Origin: Anaerolinea thermophila
GTDB taxonomy: Bacteria > Chloroflexota > Anaerolineae > Anaerolineales > Villigracilaceae
DNA: 32,944 nt
Direction of reading: 5' to 3'
Assembly (NCBI GenBank): GCA_022729775.1
Contig: DZBA01000001.1
Coordinates: 1-32,944 of the forward strand
In this document: in pieces, positions 1 to 8,819 of the stretch
Layout of the letters: each line of letters opens with the position of its first letter
Position numbering within the stretch: position 1 is the stretch's first letter
Translations under genes and position numbers: made by a program
The notes under the pieces: generated by a model
Told to the model about the DNA's origin: nothing
Databases searched by the model: none
What the model saw: only the letters and a program-made list of their open reading frames with translations

Positions 1-29
1 ATTAAGGTATTCCAAAAGAATTAGGGTAT

Positions 30-50
30 TCCAAAAGTAGAACTTTTGGA
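30..50. terminator. Hairpin TCCAAAAGT-AGA-ACTTTTGGA just downstream of the minus-strand GT-C gene
   Basis: 9-bp perfect inverted repeat; preceded by a near-tandem duplication ATTA(A/G)GGTATTCCAAAAG at 1-18 and 20-37. Confidence 0.5.
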
Positions 51-58
51 GTCCGCGT

Positions 59-1603
59 TTAACGCTTGAAAATAAACACGCCTTCCTCTTTGTAGATGAG
101 TTGATAATCTTTCGATGCCGCGAGTGAATCGGCGAGGGAAGAATCTTGCGCGACGAGGACGTAATCGAATGCGTTGTTTGTGTCCGCAGACCAGTTCTCG
201 ACGCACGCGGAGTTTTGACTGATGCATTTTTGCAGCGCGTCATATTCGCCCAGCCGCGTGTCGAACGGTTTGCCCGACATCCATTCGTAGCCTTGAACGG
301 TGGCGACGCTAACGCGGTTTGTCAGCGCGGGGAACCACTCTGAAAGCGCGTCTGAAAATGCCAGCGCGCCGCCCGTGACAACCGCAAAGCGGCTGCCTTG
401 CGGGGTATTTTTTTCGACCCATTGCATCGCTTGTCGCTGGGGTTGATGCAAACTGACTTTTGTAAAAACCTGATCCGAAACGACAGCGCCAAAGAACGCG
501 TAAAAGATCAAGCCTGTGAGCGCGATTCGCAACGCTGGGGAGTTGAAGAAATGCGCCGCCCAGTTTGGGGACGCGAATTCGCTTTTGTCTTTCAGCGCGT
601 GCAAGCCGATGACAATCACGTCCGTGAAGCCGAGCGCGGCAAGCATTGACCACGCGATGATGGAGATCGAAGCCGCGCCGCGCGGATCAACCAGCGCTGG
701 CACAATCCACCACGCGGCAAGTAAATACTCGCGCCGGATAAACGTCACTACGAGTCCGAGCAGCGCGAGCGCGGAAATGACGGTGATAAATTTTTCATCG
801 GCAAACGAGCCTGTGATCAGTCCCAGCCATGCGGTGAAGTTATACAGCCCGGTTTGCGCTGCGTTTTGGTAGGGAGCGAATCCATGCCGCGCGATGACGG
901 TCACATAGAACGGCGCGGCGAGAAGCAAAATTCCAAGCGCGACATAAACAGATTTTTTTGTCCCTTCTTCTGAAAGCCCAAAAAAGAAAAATAAAACCGC
1001 GCACAAGACAACCGTGTGCAGCGCCGTTTCGGGGTGACTTAAGACTGCGCCCGCGCCGAAGAGCATCGTCATCCATAAATATTTTTTAGCGGACGAAGTG
1101 AAGAGGTTGTACGCGCTGAAAACGGTCAATAATAGAAAGAGGAATCCAAAGGCGCGGGTGATTCCTCCGCCCATGATGAACCACGTCATCGAGCGCGGAA
1201 GCAGCGCGAAGAAAATCGCCGCGAGCGAGCCTTTGAATTTGGATTTGAGAATCGCAGACGCAAGCGGATAAAACGCGAGAGTGGACCCGATGCTGACGAT
1301 GGCGGGCAGCCAGCGAAAGACTTCAATCAGCGGGATGTTGAAAATGTCAGCGGTGATGGCTGTGGCATAAAACCCGAGCGGCGGATAGGCGAAGGGGATT
1401 TGAATCCCGTTGTATTCGACAAAGTTCGGCAACGCATAATGTCCGTTTTGAATCGCGCGCGCCATGCTGTAGAACATCCCGCCATCGGTGACAGGGAAGC
1501 CGATCATGATCGTCGGCAACAGGCGCGCGTACGCGCCGAGCGCAAGTCCAAAGACGAGGATGAAGAGGTTGAGAGTTTCGGGTTTTGTTTTTATATTGTT
1601 CAT
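59..1603 (-). CDS. GT-C fold membrane glycosyltransferase (PMT/ArnT/GT39-like)
   Basis: More than 10 hydrophobic segments, acidic TDGGMF in the first outer loop, YPPLGF motif, soluble C-terminal domain. Start set at ATG 1603 (ATGA overlap with upstream stop) rather than 1618. Confidence 0.75.
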   Translation of the reverse strand: MNNIKTKPETLNLFILVFGLALGAYARLLPTIMIGFPVTDGGMFYSMARAIQNGHYALPNFVEYNGIQIPFAYPPLGFYATAITADIFNIPLIEVFRWLPAIVSIGSTLAFYPLASAILKSKFKGSLAAIFFALLPRSMTWFIMGGGITRAFGFLFLLLTVFSAYNLFTSSAKKYLWMTMLFGAGAVLSHPETALHTVVLCAVLFFFFGLSEEGTKKSVYVALGILLLAAPFYVTVIARHGFAPYQNAAQTGLYNFTAWLGLITGSFADEKFITVISALALLGLVVTFIRREYLLAAWWIVPALVDPRGAASISIIAWSMLAALGFTDVIVIGLHALKDKSEFASPNWAAHFFNSPALRIALTGLIFYAFFGAVVSDQVFTKVSLHQPQRQAMQWVEKNTPQGSRFAVVTGGALAFSDALSEWFPALTNRVSVATVQGYEWMSGKPFDTRLGEYDALQKCISQNSACVENWSADTNNAFDYVLVAQDSSLADSLAASKDYQLIYKEEGVFIFKR

Positions 1604-4116
1604 TTCGACCAAATCCATTTTGGGGTGTAACCGCCTGCGCGCAGCGTAGTCAATTCGCCGGTTTGCATGTCAACCATCTCCAGCCGCGATTCGAGCGGAA
1701 ATGAATCGAGCAAATACAAGTCATACAGCAGGTATCTTCCATCCGGCGACCAATTGAAACTGCCGTGCAGGGTGGCAGGCGATTCGGTCAACGCGCGGGC
1801 GGAACTGCCATCGGCGCGCATGACCCAAATCTGGTCGCCGCGCAAAACGGTCAGGTCGCGCCGCACCACTGCAATCTGCTTCCCATCCGGCGACCATGCC
1901 GCCAGAATATTTTCGACGTTTTCATTTGCGTTCAGGTTCGCGGTCTTTTGTGAATCCACGCCGTAGACGAATAGCTGGGTAATGAACTTGCCATCTTTGA
2001 TGACCACATCGCGCAGCAAAATAAATTTCCCATCCGGCGACCATTCCACTGCCGCGCCCAGCGCGTTTTTTATCAAGCGGCTCTCGCCCGTTTCAAAATG
2101 ATACAGGCGCAGCCCTTCCGGCTCGGCGTAGCTCATCCACGCGCCATCCGGCGACCAGCGCGGATTTGTGCCAGGCAGCCGCGACTCTTGAAAGACAGGC
2201 TGCGCCCGGCTTGCGCTCACATCGTACCACCACAGCGAAGACGTGCCGTACCCATCTTCACTCATCGGCATATATTCGTACATGATGCGCTTCCCATCCG
2301 GCGACCAAACCGGCTGGCTGCACGCCGCGTCTTCGCAATCCACAATCAACGTATTTTCCGCGCCATCGGCATTCATCATCCAGATATTGTATTCAACATC
2401 TTCCGTCTGTTCGATGTAGGCAATGCGCGAGGCGTCCGGTGAAAGCGCGTAATCCACCACGCCTTTTTCGGCGCGAGTCAATTGGGTGGGATTTTTTTCC
2501 AGCGCGCCCATGACGAACAACTGACGGTTATCATTTCCATCTTCGATGAGATAAACCACGCGCGCTTTTTCCAAATTCGACTTTGATCCAGCGCCCGCAA
2601 AATTTTCCACGCCCCCAATTTTTGCCGCTGCCGCGTAGGTCAAAACCCCGCCCAAAATCATCACTGCCGCCGCGCTGACAACCGGCATAGCCGGCGCAAT
2701 GCGGCTCAAAAAATTCATGCGCGCAAAGAGCCTGCCGCCGCCGACCATCAACATGCCGATGATAATCAAAACCACAGCCAGCCCAACGCTGAATGAGAGG
2801 ATCAACGCCAGCCCAAGCAAAACGCGGTTAATGGCAACGGCAACAAGCAAGATCGCAATCGCGTCCGGGCATGGGACGAGTCCGCCGCTAATGCCAAGCG
2901 TGATGAGCGAGCGCCAGCTCAGTTCCGCGAGCGGGTTTCCGATTTGCGGCATTCGCGGAATTGCGCCGCCCTCGTGTTTGTGCGCGGGCGCGTCTTCCGT
3001 AATGGGCTGGTTGATGAGCAGTCGTTTTTTGCCGTCTTCGGTCTTGATAGATTGCGCGGGCGTTTCGTCCCTGTTTTGTTTTAATTGCCTTTGCCAATCC
3101 CACAGGCGCGGAAGCAGCAGCCCGCCGCCAAGCAAAACAATCAACGCGCCGGAGAGTAGTTCGAGCAGGGGAATGAAGTCGGCGGTGAAAAAATAACGCG
3201 AAGCGGTCAGCGTCAACAACCCCAGCGCAAAGACAGACCCCGTGTGCGTTAACGTGACCACGCTTCCCAACACAATGGCGTGCCACGCCGTTCCGCGCGA
3301 GCCGACCAGATACGCGGCGACGACGGTCTTGCCATGTCCCGGGGTGAGCGCGTGCAGCGCGCCCAATGCGAGTGAAATCCCAAGCGCGAAAACATAAAAG
3401 GAAAAGGACGTATTTTCCGCGCGGATAAAATCCAACAAAATTTCCTGGGGCGTTCTTTCGGATAATTCCGGGACAACCTGCTCGGCAGTTTCGGTGACGA
3501 CATCCTTTTGCTGCCCCATCGGCAGCGAAGGCGTGCCGCTATCCCATGCTGTGAGCAGCGCGCCTGAATCCGCGACGAGCGCGCGGTCTTTGGTAAAGTC
3601 AATGCTGATGAGGTGGTTGCGTTGCAGCGGAAATAAAAACGCGGCGGTATCCTGCGCGGAGATTTCAAAAAAGTTGATGGATTTTTTCGTCTCCATGGTG
3701 TTGCTCAACGCCAGCGTGTGAACGCTGTTTGCGCTGTGTTCCCATACGCCGGAAAGGCGCAAAATAATGAAATCATTCCCGGCTTGAAATTTTTGCAAAT
3801 CATCAGGGATGGATACTGAATCGAGCTGCAGCGGAAAATCGCGGTCATCCAATGTCGCGGTCAACAGCGCGGCGCGCGGCTTTCCCCACGCGAGTTTTTC
3901 TTCCGCGCTGAGCGCCCCATCTTCATTTGAATCCGCTTCATGCCAGAGGTAAGAGACCAGCATGGGTCCCGGCTTGATTTGCCATTCGATATTCAAATCA
4001 GCCGGGGAGATGGCAACGCGGATGGTATGCGCGTACACGTCCGCTGGATGGGCGCGCGCGGACGTGAAGTTAAAAACGAAAACAGCGATAAAGAGAATTG
4101 GGATAATTTTTTTCAT
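1600..4116 (-). CDS. RcnA/NiCoT-like nickel/cobalt transporter with exported N-terminal domain, fused to a C-terminal PD40 (TolB-like) beta-propeller
   Basis: Signal peptide ending ARA-HP; RcnA-type motifs HALTPGHGK, HTGSVF, GGLVPCP; six (W/L)SPD(G/A) repeats in the C-terminal ~320 aa. Confidence 0.8.
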   Translation of the reverse strand: MKKIIPILFIAVFVFNFTSARAHPADVYAHTIRVAISPADLNIEWQIKPGPMLVSYLWHEADSNEDGALSAEEKLAWGKPRAALLTATLDDRDFPLQLDSVSIPDDLQKFQAGNDFIILRLSGVWEHSANSVHTLALSNTMETKKSINFFEISAQDTAAFLFPLQRNHLISIDFTKDRALVADSGALLTAWDSGTPSLPMGQQKDVVTETAEQVVPELSERTPQEILLDFIRAENTSFSFYVFALGISLALGALHALTPGHGKTVVAAYLVGSRGTAWHAIVLGSVVTLTHTGSVFALGLLTLTASRYFFTADFIPLLELLSGALIVLLGGGLLLPRLWDWQRQLKQNRDETPAQSIKTEDGKKRLLINQPITEDAPAHKHEGGAIPRMPQIGNPLAELSWRSLITLGISGGLVPCPDAIAILLVAVAINRVLLGLALILSFSVGLAVVLIIIGMLMVGGGRLFARMNFLSRIAPAMPVVSAAAVMILGGVLTYAAAAKIGGVENFAGAGSKSNLEKARVVYLIEDGNDNRQLFVMGALEKNPTQLTRAEKGVVDYALSPDASRIAYIEQTEDVEYNIWMMNADGAENTLIVDCEDAACSQPVWSPDGKRIMYEYMPMSEDGYGTSSLWWYDVSASRAQPVFQESRLPGTNPRWSPDGAWMSYAEPEGLRLYHFETGESRLIKNALGAAVEWSPDGKFILLRDVVIKDGKFITQLFVYGVDSQKTANLNANENVENILAAWSPDGKQIAVVRRDLTVLRGDQIWVMRADGSSARALTESPATLHGSFNWSPDGRYLLYDLYLLDSFPLESRLEMVDMQTGELTTLRAGGYTPKWIWSK

Positions 4117-4123
4117 AAAATAA

Positions 4124-4151
4124 CACAGCGCGGAGAAATCTCCGCGCTGTG
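4124..4151 (-). terminator. 13-bp perfect hairpin CACAGCGCGGAGA-AA-TCTCCGCGCTGTG
   Basis: Follows the rhodanese stop; TTATTTT tail on the minus strand. Confidence 0.6.
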
Positions 4152-4171
4152 ATTATATCTGTACTTGCGTG

Positions 4172-4648
4172 TTATTTTGGCGCGCCTTCGACGGGGTAGC
4201 CCTTGCTATACCATGTCTTCAAACCGCCCGCCATGCTGGTTGCCTTGAAGCCCGCATTGAGCAGAATGTCGCGCCCTTCCTGGCTGCGGTTTCCAGAGCG
4301 GCAAACCACCAAAATTTCCTGGTCTTTGGGCAGCTCGCTCAACCTGTTTGGAAGTTCGCCCAGCGGAATGAGCGTGGTGTTCGAAGCGTGGTATTCATCC
4401 CATTCTTCCTGTTCGCGCACATCCAAGACAAAGACATCGCCTTGCTGGTACATCTCATACGCCTGATCCACGCTGACTTCGCGCGGCATGGAAGACGCAG
4501 CCGCCCCGCCGCCACCGCCCGCCGCAATCAAATACACAATCAAAGCCACCACTGCAAGAATGCCAATTTGCACTGCGGGCTTACGCAAAAAAGCAGCGAT
4601 GCCGCTGCTGTTGTTAGTTCTAACATTTTTATTTTTTTTCTTGGACAT
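4172..4648 (-). CDS. Membrane-anchored rhodanese-like domain protein
   Basis: Basic N-terminus plus one TM helix, LDVRE..EW, active-site loop VCRSGNRS, GG..W; GAGG RBS before ATG 4648. Confidence 0.9.
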   Translation of the reverse strand: MSKKKNKNVRTNNSSGIAAFLRKPAVQIGILAVVALIVYLIAAGGGGGAAASSMPREVSVDQAYEMYQQGDVFVLDVREQEEWDEYHASNTTLIPLGELPNRLSELPKDQEILVVCRSGNRSQEGRDILLNAGFKATSMAGGLKTWYSKGYPVEGAPK

Positions 4649-4717
4649 ATTTTTTCCTCGTCTTTGGATTTTCAAACTTGACGCGCGCGCAAACTTTTTT
4701 CTTACGCCGCGATTTTT

Positions 4718-5128
4718 TCAAAATGACTTGACCGCCGTATCCAGATTGACATGCACCTCGAAGAACTGCTTCAACCCAATCACATCCAGCACTTGCAAAA
4801 CTTCCGGCTGCGGGTTGAATAATTTGACGTGCTTGCGGACTTCCCCGTCGCGCGCCATATTGATGGGGCGGAAGGTGGGACGCCGCCCATCCTTCGAGAT
4901 TGCCGATTGTCCGCTAAAAATCAACACCACCGTATGCAGTGACATCAGCCCCGCGCTGCTGATATAAGGGACTTTGCTCAGGTCAATCAGGATATTACGC
5001 GCGCCGTCGGTGTATGCCTGCTGCGCGCTGTCTATCACTTCGGTGTAATTGGACGCGTCGAGTTTTCCGCTCAACTGCATGACAGTTACCGAAACGTTCG
5101 CTTCATGTTTAAGAAATGTAATTTGCAT
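4718..5128 (-). CDS. STAS domain anti-sigma factor antagonist
   Basis: SGKLDA, IDLSKVPYISSAGL, LDVIGL motifs. Confidence 0.85.
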   Translation of the reverse strand: MQITFLKHEANVSVTVMQLSGKLDASNYTEVIDSAQQAYTDGARNILIDLSKVPYISSAGLMSLHTVVLIFSGQSAISKDGRRPTFRPINMARDGEVRKHVKLFNPQPEVLQVLDVIGLKQFFEVHVNLDTAVKSF

Positions 5129-5142
5129 GTCGCATTCGTTCC

Positions 5143-5553
5143 TTAAAAAGAATCAATAGCCTGTTGTTTGTCTGTAAACACTTCAAAAAAGTCGGAGAAG
5201 CCGACCATCTCCAACACATTGAGAATCTCGGCGCGCGGATTCAACAACTTGAAGTGCTGCTGCTTTCCGCCATCACGCGTCTTGTCCATGGACTTTAATG
5301 TTGACCAGCTTTTCTTTGTGTCCGGCAGCGCTTCGCCGCGCACCATCAAGGCAATCGTGTGCAATGAAACAAGCCCTGCGCTGGAAATATAGGTCAGGTC
5401 GCCGAGGTCTAGCAAAATATCGCGCGCGCCAACCTCGTACGCATCGCGCGCTTTTTCTATCAAACTCTGGTAAGTTTGCCCGTCCAGCTGCCCTGTGACC
5501 TTCACAACAACAACAGCCACGCGCCCTTGTTCGTGCGAAACGGTAATTTCCAT
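5143..5553 (-). CDS. STAS domain anti-sigma factor antagonist (tandem paralog)
   Basis: TGQLDG, LDLGDLTYISSAGL, LEMVGF; AAGGAG RBS; same 136-aa length as its neighbour. Confidence 0.85.
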   Translation of the reverse strand: MEITVSHEQGRVAVVVVKVTGQLDGQTYQSLIEKARDAYEVGARDILLDLGDLTYISSAGLVSLHTIALMVRGEALPDTKKSWSTLKSMDKTRDGGKQQHFKLLNPRAEILNVLEMVGFSDFFEVFTDKQQAIDSF

Positions 5554-5580
5554 AGTACACGCTCCTTTATAAAAGATATT

Positions 5581-5698
5581 TAATTAGTGACCTTACGCGG
5601 TGTCATTTCGAGCGAAGCGAGAAATCTTGCCCTGCGACAAAAGGTTTCTCCTCGCTCTGCTCGTCGAAACGACAACACTGCGTAAGGTGAGTTAATTA
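5581..5698. repeat. Nested palindromic REP/MITE-like element
   Basis: Outer IR TAATTAGTGACCTTACGCGGTGT / ACACTGCGTAAGGTGAGTTAATTA enclosing GTCATTTCGAGCGAAGCGAGAAATCT...AGGTTTCTCCTCGCTCTGCTCGTCGAAACGAC. Confidence 0.7.
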
Positions 5699-6934
5699 TA
5701 AACCCGCTTTTCTTTCCAACCGCGCCAGCCTGTGATCTATCTCTGCCAGCCAATGTTTGCGGATGTACGCGGGAAGTTCGGCGCGCTCTGCTTCCTGCCG
5801 CGCGGACTTTGCCCACTTCAGCGCGGACTTTGCATCGCGCTGCTTATGTTCGTAATATTTTGCCAATTCGATGTGCGCGTAAATGTGACCTTTCTTCGCA
5901 GCCTGCCGCCACAAGCGCAAGGCTTGCTCCACATCCCCGCGTTTTTTTTGCAGCGCGGAAAGCCGCCTCACCGCCATCTCGAAATCGGATTCTGCCAGCC
6001 CCGTTTCAAGTCCGCGCTCGAAGAGACGCGCCGCCTCATCCCAGCGGTTCAAATCTTCGAAGAGTTTTCCCAGCGCGACAAAGTCGAGACCATGCTCCAC
6101 GCACCCGCCATGCGGGTCGGCGATCATTTCGCTGACATGATTCAGCAGCGCCGCCATCGCAGCCACGTCCATCGCGTTATGATAAAACACCCCGCCCAAT
6201 GGACGCGCGTCCCGCGTGCGCAGGTAATCAAAATATAACCAGGGAATTTCATATCCCGGCACTTCTTCTGATGCGCGCGTAAAATTCAGCACATGCTCTT
6301 CGAGGTATTTCAGCGCGCGCGAGGGAAGACGATCACGCCATAACCTGCGCGCCAGCGGAAGCAAATCCAGGTGCGCGTAATTCTTGAACGGCACAGGGAT
6401 GCGGTGCAGTTTATAGCGCGTGGTCAACAACGGCGCGTCGAAAGATTTACCGTTGAACGTCACCAGCGCTTCACACGGCGCAAGGAATTGAATCAGCGCT
6501 TCGAGCATGGCTGGCTCTTCGGATGGGTCGCGCAAAAAGAATTGCTGCAAGACAAAGCGGTCATCTACAAACCTGCCCACGCCAACGAGAAAAGCGTACG
6601 TCCCAGTCCCGCCCGAAAGCCCGGAAGTTTCGGTATCAAGAAATGCAAATTTATTCATGGGCAGTTCCGTGATGCGCGAATCATTTGCCCATTGTGAAAT
6701 CAGCGCCAACGGCGATGAAGACGAAAACAGAAAAGAGGAAAGCGGCGCGTTCTGTCCATGCGAATAATCGCGCGCGAAGATTTTCTCCGCGACAAAGGCA
6801 TCTCCGCGCGGCGTGTTGACGTAACTCCCGTTGATAATCAAGTCAATCGAGGTTTGTTCCGTCTTGCGCTGAGATAAATCCACGGCGCCGACTTTTACGC
6901 CAAGCGATTTAAGTTTGTCAGAAAGCGAAGGCAT
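5696..6934 (-). CDS. YprB/MrfB-like RNase_H_2 (DEDD) exonuclease with C-terminal TPR/Sel1-like repeats
   Basis: FLDTETSGL, TFNGKSFD, HLDLL, YHNAMDV; helical A/L/E/K-rich C-terminus. ATG 6934 preferred over 6961. Confidence 0.85.
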   Translation of the reverse strand: MPSLSDKLKSLGVKVGAVDLSQRKTEQTSIDLIINGSYVNTPRGDAFVAEKIFARDYSHGQNAPLSSFLFSSSSPLALISQWANDSRITELPMNKFAFLDTETSGLSGGTGTYAFLVGVGRFVDDRFVLQQFFLRDPSEEPAMLEALIQFLAPCEALVTFNGKSFDAPLLTTRYKLHRIPVPFKNYAHLDLLPLARRLWRDRLPSRALKYLEEHVLNFTRASEEVPGYEIPWLYFDYLRTRDARPLGGVFYHNAMDVAAMAALLNHVSEMIADPHGGCVEHGLDFVALGKLFEDLNRWDEAARLFERGLETGLAESDFEMAVRRLSALQKKRGDVEQALRLWRQAAKKGHIYAHIELAKYYEHKQRDAKSALKWAKSARQEAERAELPAYIRKHWLAEIDHRLARLERKAGL

Positions 6935-6941
6935 GTGAAGA

Positions 6942-8762
6942 TTATTCCATTTTCTTGACAACGGTCAGAATCATCCCGTCACGTTCTACGGCGTAAACCG
7001 CTTTCGCTTCGGGGTACATGGTTTTATCGAAGCCGTTGCGCGTGGTGATGATAGCGTAATCAAACGCTTCTGTCGTTGGCGCGTCATCCGAAAGCACGGT
7101 CAAATCGGCGCGGGCGTAAAGGTCGGCAGTTTGACCGGGACCGACGACCATGATATTCGAGTTTGCGGGCGCGACTGTGTTCACGTACTCCATCGCTTCA
7201 CGATAGGAGATCGCCCAATAATCGAGTTCGAATCTTTCGTTTGGGTTTTGAACTAAAGCATTGTAGTAAACATATTGATAGGGATGCAAGCGGACGCCAG
7301 CAAAAATCCCCGGCAGAATCAGCAACAGCGCGAAAGAGAATCTTAACGCGGGTTTGGTCAAGCGCGCCAGCAGGGACTCCATCCCCAAGCCTGCCAGCAA
7401 AAACACGGGCGGCAGGATGAAAAATATCTGGCGAAAGTTATCGTATAACTTTGCGCGGGTGAGGATGAACCCTGAAAGCGGAAGGATGAACCAGAGAATG
7501 ACAATGGTTAATGGTTCGTGGTTCGTGGCTTCTTTGAGAGAGCGTAATAATTTTATGATGCCGATGATAAATAAAATCCAAATCGGTTCGGTGAATTGAA
7601 TCAAGAGCAGCAGGGGCAAATAAGAATACGGCAATTCTGTCGCATTGTAGTAACTGCCGTTGAATAATACTTTTCCAAACCAGGGGTATTTGGTCATCGT
7701 TTGAAAGGCTTCGATGAAATGCCCGATGGGGTCGCTCCACAGGTAGGGCCAGGTGATATAGCAAAAGAGAATAGAGAGTAGAGAGTAGATGATGAGCGGA
7801 GTGATGGCGCGTTTGCCAAGTTTGCGTAATGCGTAAAGCGCGACGAGTAATCCTGCAAAGGGGGCAAGGATGCGGATGGAGGTGGAGAAGCCTAACATGA
7901 ATGAAGAAGTCAGAATGAGGAATGAAGAATGGGAAAGCAGACGTGGCGCGTGGGATGTGACGAGTGTTGCGTGTTGCATGGGGCGTGATAAGTGGTAAAT
8001 GGTGATTAGTGAAAATAGAATGAAAAAGACAGCGCGAAGCCAGAGGAAGTAGGTGAAGTATTTTTGGATGTAGATTTCAGGCGGGACTTTGTTAAGGTCG
8101 GTGGCGAGGTAGGTGATGATGTTGGTTTGTCCGCCTGCCGCGCTGCGGACGAGAGCCTCGATGGCGGCGTGAATGGTTGGGGTTGCGGCAAAGAGTCCGA
8201 GCAGCAGAATCGCTCCGCCCGTAGTCAGTCCGCGCTGCCAGAGGGGAGAATCAAGTTCGGGACGCTGAGTCGAATCCAGCGAGTCCACCATCCGCAAGCC
8301 GAAGAGCAAACTCAACATGAAGAAGGCAAGAAAGGGCGTGTCTTTTGGGTTCATGAAGGCATGCCCCCAAAAGAGCGGCTGTGTGACGTAGAGCAGGGTT
8401 GCGTAACGCGCGGCGGTTTGAGTCAGCCAGCGTTGAGCGAGCGCGTAAAATGCCCAGACGCCCGCGAGGTGCGTGAGGAAGTAGAAAATGTGGCGGATGT
8501 CCGCTTCGTTGATGGGCAGGAAACTTAACGCGCGCGACGCGATGAGGACGGTCATCATGTACGCGGGACCGTAGTTGCCGAGGTCTTTTTCGGTGATGGG
8601 CATGAGTCCCTGCTCGCGCCAGGTTTGGTATGTGCGCAGCGAGTAATCGGCGTATTTGCGGAGCGAGTGATCGTCCCAGCTCTCGCCGTAGTCGGTGAGC
8701 GTGAATGCAGCGAGGAGGAGGGAGATGGCGAGGAGGAGTAGGATAAAGCGGTCGGGTTTCAT
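6942..8762 (-). CDS. GT-C fold membrane glycosyltransferase (GT39/PMT_2-like)
   Basis: DYGESWDD, YGP, QPLFWGHAFMNPKDTPF, YDNFRQ, HPYQYVYYN, DYW; paralog of the genes at 10179 and 11698. Confidence 0.8.
   Translation of the reverse strand: MKPDRFILLLLAISLLLAAFTLTDYGESWDDHSLRKYADYSLRTYQTWREQGLMPITEKDLGNYGPAYMMTVLIASRALSFLPINEADIRHIFYFLTHLAGVWAFYALAQRWLTQTAARYATLLYVTQPLFWGHAFMNPKDTPFLAFFMLSLLFGLRMVDSLDSTQRPELDSPLWQRGLTTGGAILLLGLFAATPTIHAAIEALVRSAAGGQTNIITYLATDLNKVPPEIYIQKYFTYFLWLRAVFFILFSLITIYHLSRPMQHATLVTSHAPRLLSHSSFLILTSSFMLGFSTSIRILAPFAGLLVALYALRKLGKRAITPLIIYSLLSILFCYITWPYLWSDPIGHFIEAFQTMTKYPWFGKVLFNGSYYNATELPYSYLPLLLLIQFTEPIWILFIIGIIKLLRSLKEATNHEPLTIVILWFILPLSGFILTRAKLYDNFRQIFFILPPVFLLAGLGMESLLARLTKPALRFSFALLLILPGIFAGVRLHPYQYVYYNALVQNPNERFELDYWAISYREAMEYVNTVAPANSNIMVVGPGQTADLYARADLTVLSDDAPTTEAFDYAIITTRNGFDKTMYPEAKAVYAVERDGMILTVVKKME
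7897..8022. repeat. Degenerate heptamer array (18 units) inside the GT coding sequence
   Basis: 7-bp phase with 14 of 18 units ending in TG (CAGAATG AGGAATG AAGAATG ... TTGCGTG TTGCATG GGGCGTG). Confidence 0.7.
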
Positions 8763-8763
8763 G

Positions 8764-8819
8764 GGGACGTGTTGCGTGTTGCGTGGGACGTGGGACGTGG
8801 AGATTAGAGATTAGAGATT
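8764..8819. repeat. Heptamer tandem array (8 units)
   Basis: GGGACGT (GTTGCGT)x2 (GGGACGT)x2 GGAGATT (AGAGATT)x2. Confidence 0.9.

Noticed and set aside
1739-2307. Five exact CCATCCGGCGACCA copies (1739, 1883, 2030, 2144, 2294) as a CRISPR-like array
   Set aside because: They encode the WSPDG motif of PD40 blades, in frame, 114-150 bp apart; too short for CRISPR repeats and no cas genes
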